This document shows, in pieces, positions 1-10,323 of a stretch of 64,000 bases of DNA. Source of the stretch: Sedimentisphaerales bacterium (GTDB lineage: Bacteria; Planctomycetota; Phycisphaerae; Sedimentisphaerales; SM23-30); contig CAXXFK010000029.1 in NCBI GenBank assembly GCA_963663965.2, forward strand, positions 192,001-256,000, read 5' to 3'. Numbering within the stretch: position 1 is the stretch's first letter; every line of letters starts with the position of its first letter. The notes beneath the pieces are model-generated. The model saw only the letters and a program-made list of their open reading frames with translations. It was not told the origin of the DNA and searched no databases. Both the position numbers and the translations under genes were made by a program.

Positions 1-107
1 TTGCCTTTTATCAATCTGGCCGTCATGATCAAGCTCCTGTCAAAGAGAGTGAATTTGACAAAAGCACGATCATAACAGAAAAGTCAGCATCGAGCAATAA
101 AAAACGT

Positions 108-213
108 TATACCCATCGGGCGTGGAAATATTCGATTGCACGCAAGCCAGGTTTTTACTCGTTAAAGGCTTATTTTGTGGCCAGGCGGGCAGATCATTTT
201 GATTTGGGAATAA
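108..213. repeat. ERIC-like ~104-bp intergenic palindromic repeat, copy 1 (diverged; right end approximate)
   Basis: TATACCCATCGGG...GCAAG..AGGTTTTTA...TAAAGGCTTAT...GGCCAGGCGGGCA aligns by eye with the copies at 18257, 22211 and 43624. Confidence 0.7.
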
Positions 214-242
214 ACATATATCCGTGAAAATTCTTGCGGATT

Positions 243-1154
243 TTAGCCGTAAACTGCAATACGATTTTTTCCATTGCCCTTTGCTTTATATAGCGCCGAA
301 TCAGCCATTTGTTTGAGTTGCTCAATAGTGAGGGGGTGGTCACGAAGCAAACTGGCCAGTCCAATGCTAAGGCGCGGCAGGATATCGGTTTCGCAAATAG
401 TCTGGCGGCAATGATCTTTGATATAAAGCTCGACTTCCCGAGCAAACATGCGTCTAATGCGGTCAGCGAGGGATAAGCCCTGTTTAGCACTGCAGTCGGG
501 CAATACCAGAATGAATTCATCACCACCAAAACGGGCACAGAGATCCGATGATCGGGTACTGGCCCGCAGCAGTTCGCCAATGAAAGCGATTACCTTATCG
601 CCCGCCTGGTGTCCCCATTGATCGTTCGTTTCTTTGAAGTGATCGACATCGATCATGATCATGCAGAGGTCAGTACCTGATTCCACAGCTTTATCGAAAA
701 GCTCGTGCGATTTTAAATTCAGATATTTCCGATTGGAAAGGCCGGATAAATCATCGACTGACGCCGTTCTGGAAACCTGTTTCAGTTGACGATTGAGATC
801 CTGGGTGCGATGCCATACCTGGTTTTCGATGCCGGCTTGAGCCCGGTTTGCGTTGATTTTTTCACGATCCAGCGCCGCGTAAATCAAGTTGAACTCGTGG
901 ATCAATTTATTGGCAATCTGATTGGGTGTGATCGGTAAGGGGTACTCACATTTTGCGTATCGTAATGAGGTGATTAGATGGACCGTTTGTTTGAGATAGC
1001 GACGATCCTGATAGATCTTCCAGAATACCCAGAGTTGCAGGTATAATACCATCAGCCAGATGGTTTGTAATTGAAAGCCACAAAATAAGATCAGTCCTAA
1101 GAGACAGATAAATCCTATGGTAAAGATTATGTCATGACGGCTGGCGCGGTACAT
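243..1154 (-). CDS. Membrane-anchored diguanylate cyclase (GGDEF domain)
   Basis: Two N-terminal hydrophobic segments and a coiled coil; D-x-LSGL-x-NR, DVDHFKETNDQWGH, RSSD I-site and ARFGGDEF active site. Confidence 0.93.
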   Translation of the reverse strand: MYRASRHDIIFTIGFICLLGLILFCGFQLQTIWLMVLYLQLWVFWKIYQDRRYLKQTVHLITSLRYAKCEYPLPITPNQIANKLIHEFNLIYAALDREKINANRAQAGIENQVWHRTQDLNRQLKQVSRTASVDDLSGLSNRKYLNLKSHELFDKAVESGTDLCMIMIDVDHFKETNDQWGHQAGDKVIAFIGELLRASTRSSDLCARFGGDEFILVLPDCSAKQGLSLADRIRRMFAREVELYIKDHCRQTICETDILPRLSIGLASLLRDHPLTIEQLKQMADSALYKAKGNGKNRIAVYG

Positions 1155-1423
1155 TGCATATCTCCTGGGTTGGGGGAATCATCGTCTGGTCTGAACGTGG
1201 AAAGAGAAGCAATCCTTGCCGGCGTTCGGAGATATCGCTTAACGATATCAATAGAAGTCTAAAATATAACCCGGAATAATGATGTGAAAATGTAAGCCAA
1301 TCACAAGCTTATCTAAAAAATAAAATTCCGATAATCGTTACACATGATTTGAAACGTACAGACAGCGCGAGGGAAGAAGCAGTTTGGTTAAGTTGTTGAG
1401 AACGATTCGAGTTTGTCTTCGGC

Positions 1424-2323
1424 TTATTGAAGCCAATTGCCTGTGTAGACTTCTGTGGCCGGTCCTGCCATATAAACATGATTATCGGTCTCGTTCCATT
1501 GCAGGAATAGATCGCCACCGGGCAGATGAGCAGTAATCTGACGGGAAGTTTTACTGGCGAGTACGCCTGCCACACAGACTGCCGAAGCGCCGGTACCGCA
1601 GGCCAGCGTGATGCCGCTACCGCGTTCCCAGGTTCTTACGACGACTTCTGATTCACTGATAACCTGGACAAAATGGGCATTGACACGCTGGGGAAATAAT
1701 TTATGTTTTTCTATTAGTGGTCCTAATTGTTCCAATGGGACGGCTTTGACATCGGGCACAAAAAAAACGGCATGAGGATTTCCCATGGATACACAGGTCA
1801 TTAAAAAATGGTAGGCATCGATTTGAAAGGGGATGCCAACAGCCTGCAGGCCTGTGACATTTACGGGGATTTCCCCCGGTAATAAGATGGGGGTTCCCAT
1901 ATCGACGCATACCTGGCTGACGGAATTGTTTTCAATTCCAAGTCCCAGGGTTAAGACGCCGTTACCCGTTTCAACTTTCATTTCACGAAATTGAGGAATA
2001 TGGGGAAAACCATTTTTAAGAATATCAATACAGGCAGACTGTTCCAATTCCTGACCAGTCGTCAGGCCATGGTCATAGCTGTATTTGGCAACGCAACGAA
2101 TGCCGTTGCCGCACATTTCTGACTCGGAACCGTCCGCATTGAACATTCGCATCCGAACATCCGCTTTTTCAGATGGCATAATAAGAATCAAACCGTCTGA
2201 ACCCACAGAAAACCGCCTGACGCTGACCGCTTGAGCCAGAGAAACCGGATCGGTTACGGTTTCTTCAAAACAATTGACATATACATAATCGTTGCCCAGG
2301 CCATGCATTTTGGTAAAGCGCAT
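1424..2323 (-). CDS. dapF: Diaminopimelate epimerase
   Basis: FTKMHGLGNDY, NADGSESEMCGNG, SMGNPHAV, ERGSGITLACGTGA. Confidence 0.97.
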   Translation of the reverse strand: MRFTKMHGLGNDYVYVNCFEETVTDPVSLAQAVSVRRFSVGSDGLILIMPSEKADVRMRMFNADGSESEMCGNGIRCVAKYSYDHGLTTGQELEQSACIDILKNGFPHIPQFREMKVETGNGVLTLGLGIENNSVSQVCVDMGTPILLPGEIPVNVTGLQAVGIPFQIDAYHFLMTCVSMGNPHAVFFVPDVKAVPLEQLGPLIEKHKLFPQRVNAHFVQVISESEVVVRTWERGSGITLACGTGASAVCVAGVLASKTSRQITAHLPGGDLFLQWNETDNHVYMAGPATEVYTGNWLQ

Positions 2324-2466
2324 GATTATCCTTTTTGTTTTCTATTTATCTGTCAGGCAATAAGTTATAAAATAACGCAGTTGAAATAACTATATAATAA
2401 ACTTACGCGGATTATAGCAATTACCCATGATAAAATCAAAGGTTTTCAGAGGAAGCATTTGATCGA

Positions 2467-2838
2467 TTAGATGGATAAATCGATATGGGTTCCCGGAGGG
2501 GTGTCCTCTTCGGATTGATGGGGATTTTCTGATGAAGGGGGAGACTCCGTTGTGGGAGAATATAGTTTTGAACTTATATTTTCTTCGTGCCGGCGATATT
2601 CATCCTGTGTTTCCCGGCCATCTTGCTCACGGTCATCCTGTCTTCTAATGACCACTTCATCAGTCTGCTCGGTATTTTCGACCTCTTCCTGATGTTGCTC
2701 GGAGAGTCTGCGTATCTGGCGGGATTCCTGGGCTTCCTGGCTACGACGGGCATTTTCTTTTTTAGTTACATCTTTTGAAGCGGTCTGGCTCTGCAGGATT
2801 GAGCCCATGATATTCATATTGGGCGGAATGTTTGTCAT
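2467..2838 (-). CDS. Hypothetical charged/helical protein ending in GTHIDLSI
   Basis: 123-aa Glu/Gln/Arg-rich ORF filling the gap between dapF and the GH78 gene; a GTCGATAT (sigma28 -10-like) motif lies upstream at 2880-2887. Confidence 0.65.
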   Translation of the reverse strand: MTNIPPNMNIMGSILQSQTASKDVTKKENARRSQEAQESRQIRRLSEQHQEEVENTEQTDEVVIRRQDDREQDGRETQDEYRRHEENISSKLYSPTTESPPSSENPHQSEEDTPPGTHIDLSI

Positions 2839-3078
2839 ACCATTGTCTGGTTAAGGTAAATCATGAAACTACATAATTTATATCGACATTTTATGGATTT
2901 ATTAGGGAGATTTAATTATTTTATAAAATTATAGGGCCAGCTTTTATACTGGATCGATTGGCTATAAAACTTGCTATTGGGCCTACCAGCAATTAGTGAG
3001 CTGATATAGTTAATATTTAATAAAATGAAGATATCAAGTGAATGTAACTGAAGAGAACTTATTTCGAGAACAATATTT

Positions 3079-5899
3079 ATGGTACTAATAACCATTAAAT
3101 TCAATGTCCGGTTGAGAATATTACTACTATCGCTGTGTACAACATGTCTGACTGGACAAACCGTAATCGGTAATACTGATTATATTTCACAGGCCCAAAG
3201 CGATATAACCGTATCTGGATTACGCTGCGAATATTTATCGGAGCCTTTGGGTATTGATATTACAAAGCCAGGATTGTCGTGGGTGTTAAATTCTCAGGTC
3301 AGGGGTCAGAAACAAACAGCATATCAAGTAATCGTTTCATCGACTAAGAGTAAGAGTGATGAGAATATCGGTGATTTATGGGATAGCGGAAAGGTGTTTT
3401 TGCGGCAATCAATTCATGTGGCGTATGATGGTATTGATTTGAAATCCGGTCAGGATTGCTACTGGAAAGTACGGATTTGGGATAAAGCGGGAGGTATTTC
3501 AAGGTGGAGCAAAACCGCACATTGGAGCATGGGATTACTGGTTCCGGAGGCATGGAGGGCTAAATGGATTGGACTGGCTGAAGATTCAGGCGAGGCGACA
3601 ACTCTCTATCCATTACCGGTTTTTCGAAAGCGATTTGCTTTTCAAAAAGAGATTCTGAAAGCCGAAGTGTCCGTATGTGGATTGGGGCAATATGAGCTTT
3701 TTCTCAACGGAGAAAAAGTTGGAACAGATTATCTAGCGCCGGCATGGTCGGTTTATGATAAAACGGTTTATTATAATACCTATGATATAACCCATCTGCT
3801 TCGAGAAGGGGAAAACGCTATGGGTGTTTTGCTGGGAAAAGGATTTTACTGTACTGCCGGAGATCGAAGGATTCATGGGGTCAATGTGGATCGGCCGTTG
3901 ATGTTGATATTACAGGCGAAATTGACCTATCATGATGGTACTGAAGAATTGATACTTTCCGATGAAAGCTGGAAGGTGGCCCGGGGACCTATAACGCATT
4001 GTGCCATACTGGGTGGGAGTGATTATGATGCCAGGACTGTTACCGGAAAACTGGAATATGTCTTCCTTTGATGATACCTGCTGGCAGCAAGCCCGGATTT
4101 TGTCTGGTCCGGGCGGGCAGCTGCGAGCTTCCGTTTTTCCAGCGATGGGGGCAATAGCATCCTTTAAGCCCAGAAAAATAGATGAACCGGAACCCGGTTA
4201 CTTTGTTTATGACTTCGGGCAGAACATTTCAGCCAAACCCCGATTAACCGTCAGAGGTAAGGCCGGACAAGTGGTGCGTTTAACCCCTTCCGAGCAGAGG
4301 TTTGGCCAGACTGGGGTAACCAATGATGGAAAAGGCAGGGTGAATCAGGCCGGTGTGGGAAAACCTAATTACTGGGAATATACTCTCAAGGGAGGGGGAG
4401 AAGAGGTCTGGTCGCCCCAGTTTACCTATAGTGGCTTTCAATATCTGGAAGTGTCTGGCGCCGTACCCGTGGGGCAAGCGAATCCAAACGATTTGCCTGT
4501 GGTGGTTGATCTGGTCTCCTTGCAGGTGCGTAATCGTGTGGAGCAGGCCGGGGTATTTCGTTGTTCCGATCAACGGATCAATGATATCAACCGATTGATT
4601 GACTGGGCGGTGCAAAGTAATCTTGGCCATGTTCTGACGGATTGCCCGCATCGGGAAAAGCTGGGCTGGCTGGAAGTGAGTTATCTGATGGGGCCATCGA
4701 TTTCATGGAATTATGACATAGCGGCATTTTATACTAAAATCATACAGGATATCAAAGATTCCCAGGATGCGGATGGCTGTATCTATACTGTTGCCCCCAA
4801 TTATCCAAATTTTTCGGGAGGATTTCGTTATTCACCCGAGTGGGGCGCCGCGGGGGTATTTTTACCCTGGCATCTTTATCAATGGTACGGTGATCGCCGG
4901 ATACTCGAACAGAGTTACGATATGATGAAACGTTATGTTGATTATATGGCCAATACCGCAGACGATTTGATCGCCAGGCCCGGATTGGGGGACTGGTATG
5001 ATTACGGTCATGATCAGCCTTTGGGGGCATCACGTTTTACGCCAACGACTTTGACGGCCAGCGCGACGTTTTATGGGTGCTGTAAGATTGTGGCGGATAC
5101 TGCCGAAATTATTGGAAAGCAGGACGATCAGCAGGTCTATAGGGCGTTGAGTAAGAAAATTAAAGCGGCTTTTAATCGCACGTTTTACCAGGGAGACGGA
5201 AACTACCAGAATCAAGGGAGTCCCCAAACGGCGAATGCCATGGCCCTGGTATTGGGCTTGACATCCAGTGAAACTGAGTCCCTGGTAATGGATCGAATCC
5301 TGGAGGATTTGCGCGTCCGGGGTAATCAGCAGACAGCCGGTGACATCGGTTATCATTATCTGGTTGAGGCACTCAGGCGATATGGCCAATCCGAGGCGTT
5401 GTATCGAATATTGGATCGTACGGACCTGGGTAGTTATGGTTATATTATCAATCAGGGTTGGACCAGCATGCCGGAAGCCTGGAACGCTCATCTGGCCTCT
5501 TCTATGAATCACTGTATGCTGGGCCATATCCAGCAATGGTTTTATGATGGGTTAGGGGGAATTACTCCAGAGAAGCCTGGTTTCGAGTCGTTTCGAATTC
5601 AGCCGGAATTTGTTGGCGATATTGATCAGTGTTCCTGTGAATATATGTCATTGTATGGGAAAATAATCTGCCAGTGGCAAAAAGCCGGTCAACAATTAGA
5701 ATTGTTTGTTACGGTTCCGGTCAATACGACAGCCACCCTGGTTCTGCCCAGTCTGCCAGAGACTGTGCTGGTTGAGGGGGGGCGGGCGATTGATCAGGCG
5801 CCTGGGATTCATTCGATCGATAAAAAGAGATTGAAACAGGAGTTGGTCCTGGGATCGGGACAATATTGCTTTGAATTACACCCCTCCCAGTCGCCATGA
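3079..5899 (+). CDS. Alpha-L-rhamnosidase-like GH78 protein, split by an apparent +1 frameshift at ~4034
   Basis: ORF 3079-4071 (LRCEY..PLGID, DLWDSGKV, GLGQYEL, DYDAR) continues in ORF 4001-5899 (DFGQN, TDCPHREKLGWL, LGDW, SMNHCMLG); removing one base at 4034-4036 reads DYDAR-LLPENW. Confidence 0.88.
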
Positions 5900-6690
5900 T
5901 TAAGGACAACTCCTAAGGTTTGACGAATGGAAATCCGGATCCAGGGTTGAATTTGATAATTCGATTAAAAAGGTTGCGATACGATCGCAGACCAGATCAA
6001 GATAACGCTGTCCCGCTTCGGCAGAAGCCCCCTGGGGATTGCCGGCGGCGCAGTGGTCATTCATGCGGCTGAAACGCCGGCTGGTGCGGACCCATTTCTG
6101 GCGAAGAGCTTCGAAACGGTAGGGAGGGGTGGCTCCCGATTGGGCGTTTTGGGATTCGACCAGTTCCGGATAGAGCGCCAGGGCAACCGAGGTTTCCATA
6201 ATACCGGCGTGATCATCGGGTTTGTCGAAAAATTCATCATAGCGGTCTGAGCCAACCTGCCACCAGTTGCATTGAAACAGGTGGGCATCCAGCCGGCATT
6301 GTGTTTGGCGGATAAAGGTCGAAAAATCATTGCCACCGTGGCCATTGAGCAGCAGGATTTTGTGGATATTATGGTGGACTAAAGAGAGGATGATATCGGT
6401 TAGTATGGCTTCGAGGCTGTTTTGGGAGACGTGGATCACACCGGGGGAAGTCAAGCAGATTGCAATTAATGCCAAACGGGATGCCGGGCAGGCAAAGCAC
6501 GTTAGGCGATTTTTCCCAGGCCAGTTCACAACAGCGTTGTGCAACCCAGGTCGTATGTAAAAAATCCTGGCCGATCGGCAGATGGTAGTTATGGCATTCT
6601 GTGGCTCCCAATGGAATCACGGCCGTCTGAAAATTGATGTTTTTTGATACGATAGAGATTCGTTTTGCTCAAGTCCCAGTCATTTATCAT
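5900..6690 (-). CDS. Creatininase/MftE-family amidohydrolase, broken by two apparent single-base insertions
   Basis: Motifs IPLGATECHNYHLP, LNGHGGN and DHAGIMETS; a continuous frame from ATG 6690 is restored by removing one base at 6630-6633 and one at 6443-6447. Confidence 0.85.
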
Positions 6691-6930
6691 CAGATAACTC
6701 CACATGGTGATTTGTTTATAATATCAAAATATCAAGATATTATAGCGATATAATCGGTCCGATAAAGAGTAAAGAGGTAATATTTGCTAAAAACAACAAA
6801 TTACGTAAGTCATTATATAATAAATTTTAAAGTATAAATGAATGTAGTCAAAAATAGGCGTTACTGTGATATTAATGATAATAATGATGTTATTATTTGC
6901 AATAATAACATTCTGTGATATAATTGTATT

Positions 6931-8014
6931 ATGATTCAAGATGCCCCTAATAAAACAAATCCTGAGATTCTGGCTGACCGGTTGGTTCAAGATATGAGAA
7001 GGCGTGGGTTGGAGCCGGGGTGAAAAGTATCTGATTGCCAAAGACGCCAGTGATTTATTTGAAGAACACATCATAACCGTTCATCGGGCCATGAAGATTC
7101 TGGCGGATAAGGAGATATTAGTACGACAACGTCGAAAGGGGACCTATGTGGGCCCGAATTTTACCCGGTATCCGGGTGAGCAGCGATCGCCATTGAATGC
7201 GGTTCATGTCATGATGGCGATGGATTATTATCAGACATCAGGCTTCCCGGTTAATGATTTGATCGATGGGATTAAGGCGATGCTGCCAACGGCGCCGATC
7301 CAGGTGCATTACGTACCGGATCATGATTCACTGGGATACACCCGGGATGTTCTGAATCAGATACAGAGCCGTCGTTATCCCGAGGGCATGGTATTAATCC
7401 GCAGTTCGCGGGCCGTGCAGGAATTGGTGGCGGAGCGTCAGATACCAGCGGGGGTATTTGGCAATGTCTATCCGGGAATCGGGAGTTTGCCCTGGCTGGA
7501 TGTGGATCAGGAGATGACAGGGCGTTTAATGGCTTCGTATGCATTGAAAGCGGGGCGTCGTAAATTTGCTTTATTAATGCGGAGCGAATGGCGACGCGGT
7601 GATAATCTGTTGTTAAATGGGGTAACCCGGTGTCTGGGCCAGGCGGGATTGAATATGGACTCGATGACCACCCTGAGTGTGCCATCGGAATTGGAAACGA
7701 TCGAACATGAAGTGAATAATTTGCTGGGCCAACCGGATGCTCCCACGGCCATTTTGTGCCGGGGTGATTATCATGCGGATATTGTGGTCCGGATTGCCCG
7801 AAATTGCGGTCTGGTACCAGGCCGGGATTTAACCGTGGTGAGCGGCGCCCATATGCGACATGATGACCATCAGAATTATCCTTATATTGTGCCAAGAATG
7901 AATAACCGGCAGCAGGTCCAGGAATTGATCCGTATGTTATGTGACAAAGTTGAAGGAAAACCGCAGACGAGCAGTTATGTGATTGTCCCGGTGACTATCA
8001 ATGAGCCTCATTGA
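6931..8014 (+). CDS. GntR-type HTH regulator with LacI-like sugar-binding domain (frameshift at 7017-7020)
   Basis: ATG 6931 gives MIQDAPNKTNPEILADRLVQDMRRRGLEPG; deleting one G joins EKYL...TVHRAMKILADKEILVRQRRKGTYV (GntR wHTH); the C-terminal part has periplasmic-binding-fold motifs such as PTAILC. Confidence 0.85.
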
Positions 8015-8206
8015 TAAATTTTTGACTTATTCTGTCTGCCAATATCACCAGATTCCACAGGTGAGCCAATTTTCAAACTGACAGTCGCCTGGTACTTTAG
8101 TTCATGAATGTCAGTTGTTAACAGGAGGCTGAATTTTATTATTGATTAATTCGATATCGCGTCTAAATAATCTCAAAGGACCATTTTGTAAACAGGAGAT
8201 GTAGTT

Positions 8207-10145
8207 ATGTTCAACAAAACGTTATTGTCAATTCTGGTGGTATGTTGTGTTTCCAGTCTGATTCAGGGCAAGGTGATCTTTCAGGATGATTTTGAATCTT
8301 ATCCGATCGCCAATCCTTATGTTTTTGCCGCTGGTGAGCCCTGGACAACCAGCAGCGAAGCCAGAGATGCGACCCGCACCTTTGTGACTGGCAATATGGG
8401 GGGGACCAATTTATGGGTCTCCAATATTGATGGTACCAAGATAAGTTTGAAGCCTGGAAAAGTGCTGTCGCAGCCAATGACACAATATCGGTTGACATTT
8501 CTGGCGGCTTGTGAGACGTATCGGGCGGACCGGTTATTGAAAGTCGATGTTGAGGTAAAGGTGAATGGCGTCAGTGTGGATAAGTCTCAGGTATCCGATT
8601 ATGAGGGTTTGGTAGCCGCCCAGGTCGTTGCGGGCACTGCGGCCCGGGTCATGGCCCATGGCGATGACTGGCAGCTGGCCGATAGTAAGGATGATCATTA
8701 TTTTAGCCTGGAATTTGCCAGCGGCGTAGCCGGAGGTGATATTGTTGTGGAGATTACGCGGGTGGGGCCGGAAGGTTCCGGCAGCTGGTTCAGTATCGAT
8801 GATGTGACGATCGAAGAGCTGCAATCAGTACGCGGACCGCAATTGGTGGCGCCAGAAGATAAGGCTCAAGATGTGACTGTTACACCCACCTTCGAATGGT
8901 CTGAACCATCACTGGGGACAGTGGATAGTTATACATTAAGCTATTGTGATTGTAATGATTTTGTGGGCGCGACCGTCATTAGTGGTTTGAGCAACCTTAC
9001 TGAAAGTTATACGGTTGTTACACCGCTGGATAATTTCACCACATACTACTGGAAAGTCAGCACCTTATCTTCCGGACAGACGTATGATTCGGCGGTCTGG
9101 TCATTGACCACGCTTCCAGCCAGTCCGGTATTAATGGTTTCACCGGAATCCATAACGCTGGCTGCTGGAGAAACAGTAATGCTGGAGTGTGAAGCGCTGA
9201 ATAATCCAACTTATACCTGGTATCGATCGGCAGACTATTCAAATGCCACTTCAGGGGATGATACAACGGTGGGAACCGGCTCCACGTTGACGTTTACAAT
9301 GGCGCAAGACAAAGAAGGTTTCTACTATTGTATCGCAAATAATTCGGCCGGACAGGCCGTTACCGAGCCGGTTTATGTAATGACGGCTCGTTTGGTTCTG
9401 CATATGCAATTTGAAAACAGTCTGGCAGACAGCGCTATGGGAGCCATTGGAGCATTCTCCGATCCCAATACCAATCCGAATGATCGCTATGTCGCGGATG
9501 GTTATTTTGGCACCGCATTCAGTTTCCAGGGTGATGGTGGCCATGTTGAGTTACCGGGCGGCGATGAATGGGCTTTCTATCCCCAGGGCATTACGTATTT
9601 GTACTGGGCGAAACAGTTGGAGAACACGGGCAATTGGTTATCCGGTGATCAAAGGCAACGCCGGTGAGAATTTCTACGCTCATATTACCTCCAGTTATGA
9701 TGGCGGCGGCGCCATAGCCGGAATGGGCTATTCGATCAATGCCACCGACCTGTTTGAAGATACCGTTGGTGGTGCGCGGACGCCGGCCTGGCATATGGTG
9801 GCGATTACTTATGATGGCGCCACTGAAAGGGTGTATGGTGATGGAGTTCTGACCGCCACTATTGATGGCAAAGCCAACCTGGGCGATCTGGCCGTGCCAT
9901 TGTGTATTGGCGGAAAAGAAAATGGCACTGGAACGCTGAACGGCCTGATCGATGAGGTGCAAATCTACAGTTATGCACTGGATCCGATCAGTATCGCTCA
10001 AATGATGGCCAATGCGACAGGAGAAACTATTTGTACCGGTCCCTTGCCTTACGACTTTAATGATGATTGTGTGGTGGATCTGGCCGATCTGGCGGAATTT
10101 GCCGCCGGTTGGCTGGCAAGCAACCAAGTTCCGCCACAAAACTAA
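8207..10145 (+). CDS. Secreted multidomain protein: carbohydrate-binding-like N-terminus, Ig domain, LamG domain, C-terminal dockerin-like motif (frameshift at ~9638)
   Basis: Signal peptide; Ig motif YTWYRS..EGFYYC; LamG motif WHMVAITYDG...GLIDEVQIY; terminal DFNDDCVVDLADLAEFAAGWL; ORFs 8207-9667 and 9411-10145 join by deleting one T at 9638-9639. Confidence 0.8.
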
Positions 10146-10159
10146 AGCCTTTAAATCCA

Positions 10160-10187
10160 GCGACGCCGCCGCATGAGGTGGCGTCGC
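10160..10187 (+). terminator. GC-rich stem-loop after the LamG gene (terminator or mRNA stabiliser)
   Basis: GCGACGCCGCC-GCATGA-GGTGGCGTCGC; only a weak U-tract follows. Confidence 0.55.
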
Positions 10188-10237
10188 ATCTTAGATGATA
10201 TTAATCCTGTTAAGCGAAGATAACCTGCTGTAAATTC

Positions 10238-10253
10238 TGGCGTATAACTTGCT
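10238..10253 (+). promoter_or_regulatory. Putative sigma54 (-24/-12) promoter upstream of sialidase 1
   Basis: TGGCGT-ATAAC-TTGCT with exact GG-N10-GC spacing, ~70 bp before ATG 10324. Confidence 0.6.
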
Positions 10254-10323
10254 TGTGGACCGGAATTGAACTACAAGCATTCCAGCCGTTCATTTCACCA
10301 ATTAACCAACCGAAGATTCCGCC

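Noticed and set aside
1..75. Possible 3' end of an upstream plus-strand gene (frame 1 open to TAA at 73-75)
   Set aside because: Only 24 codons are visible, which is not enough to support a call.
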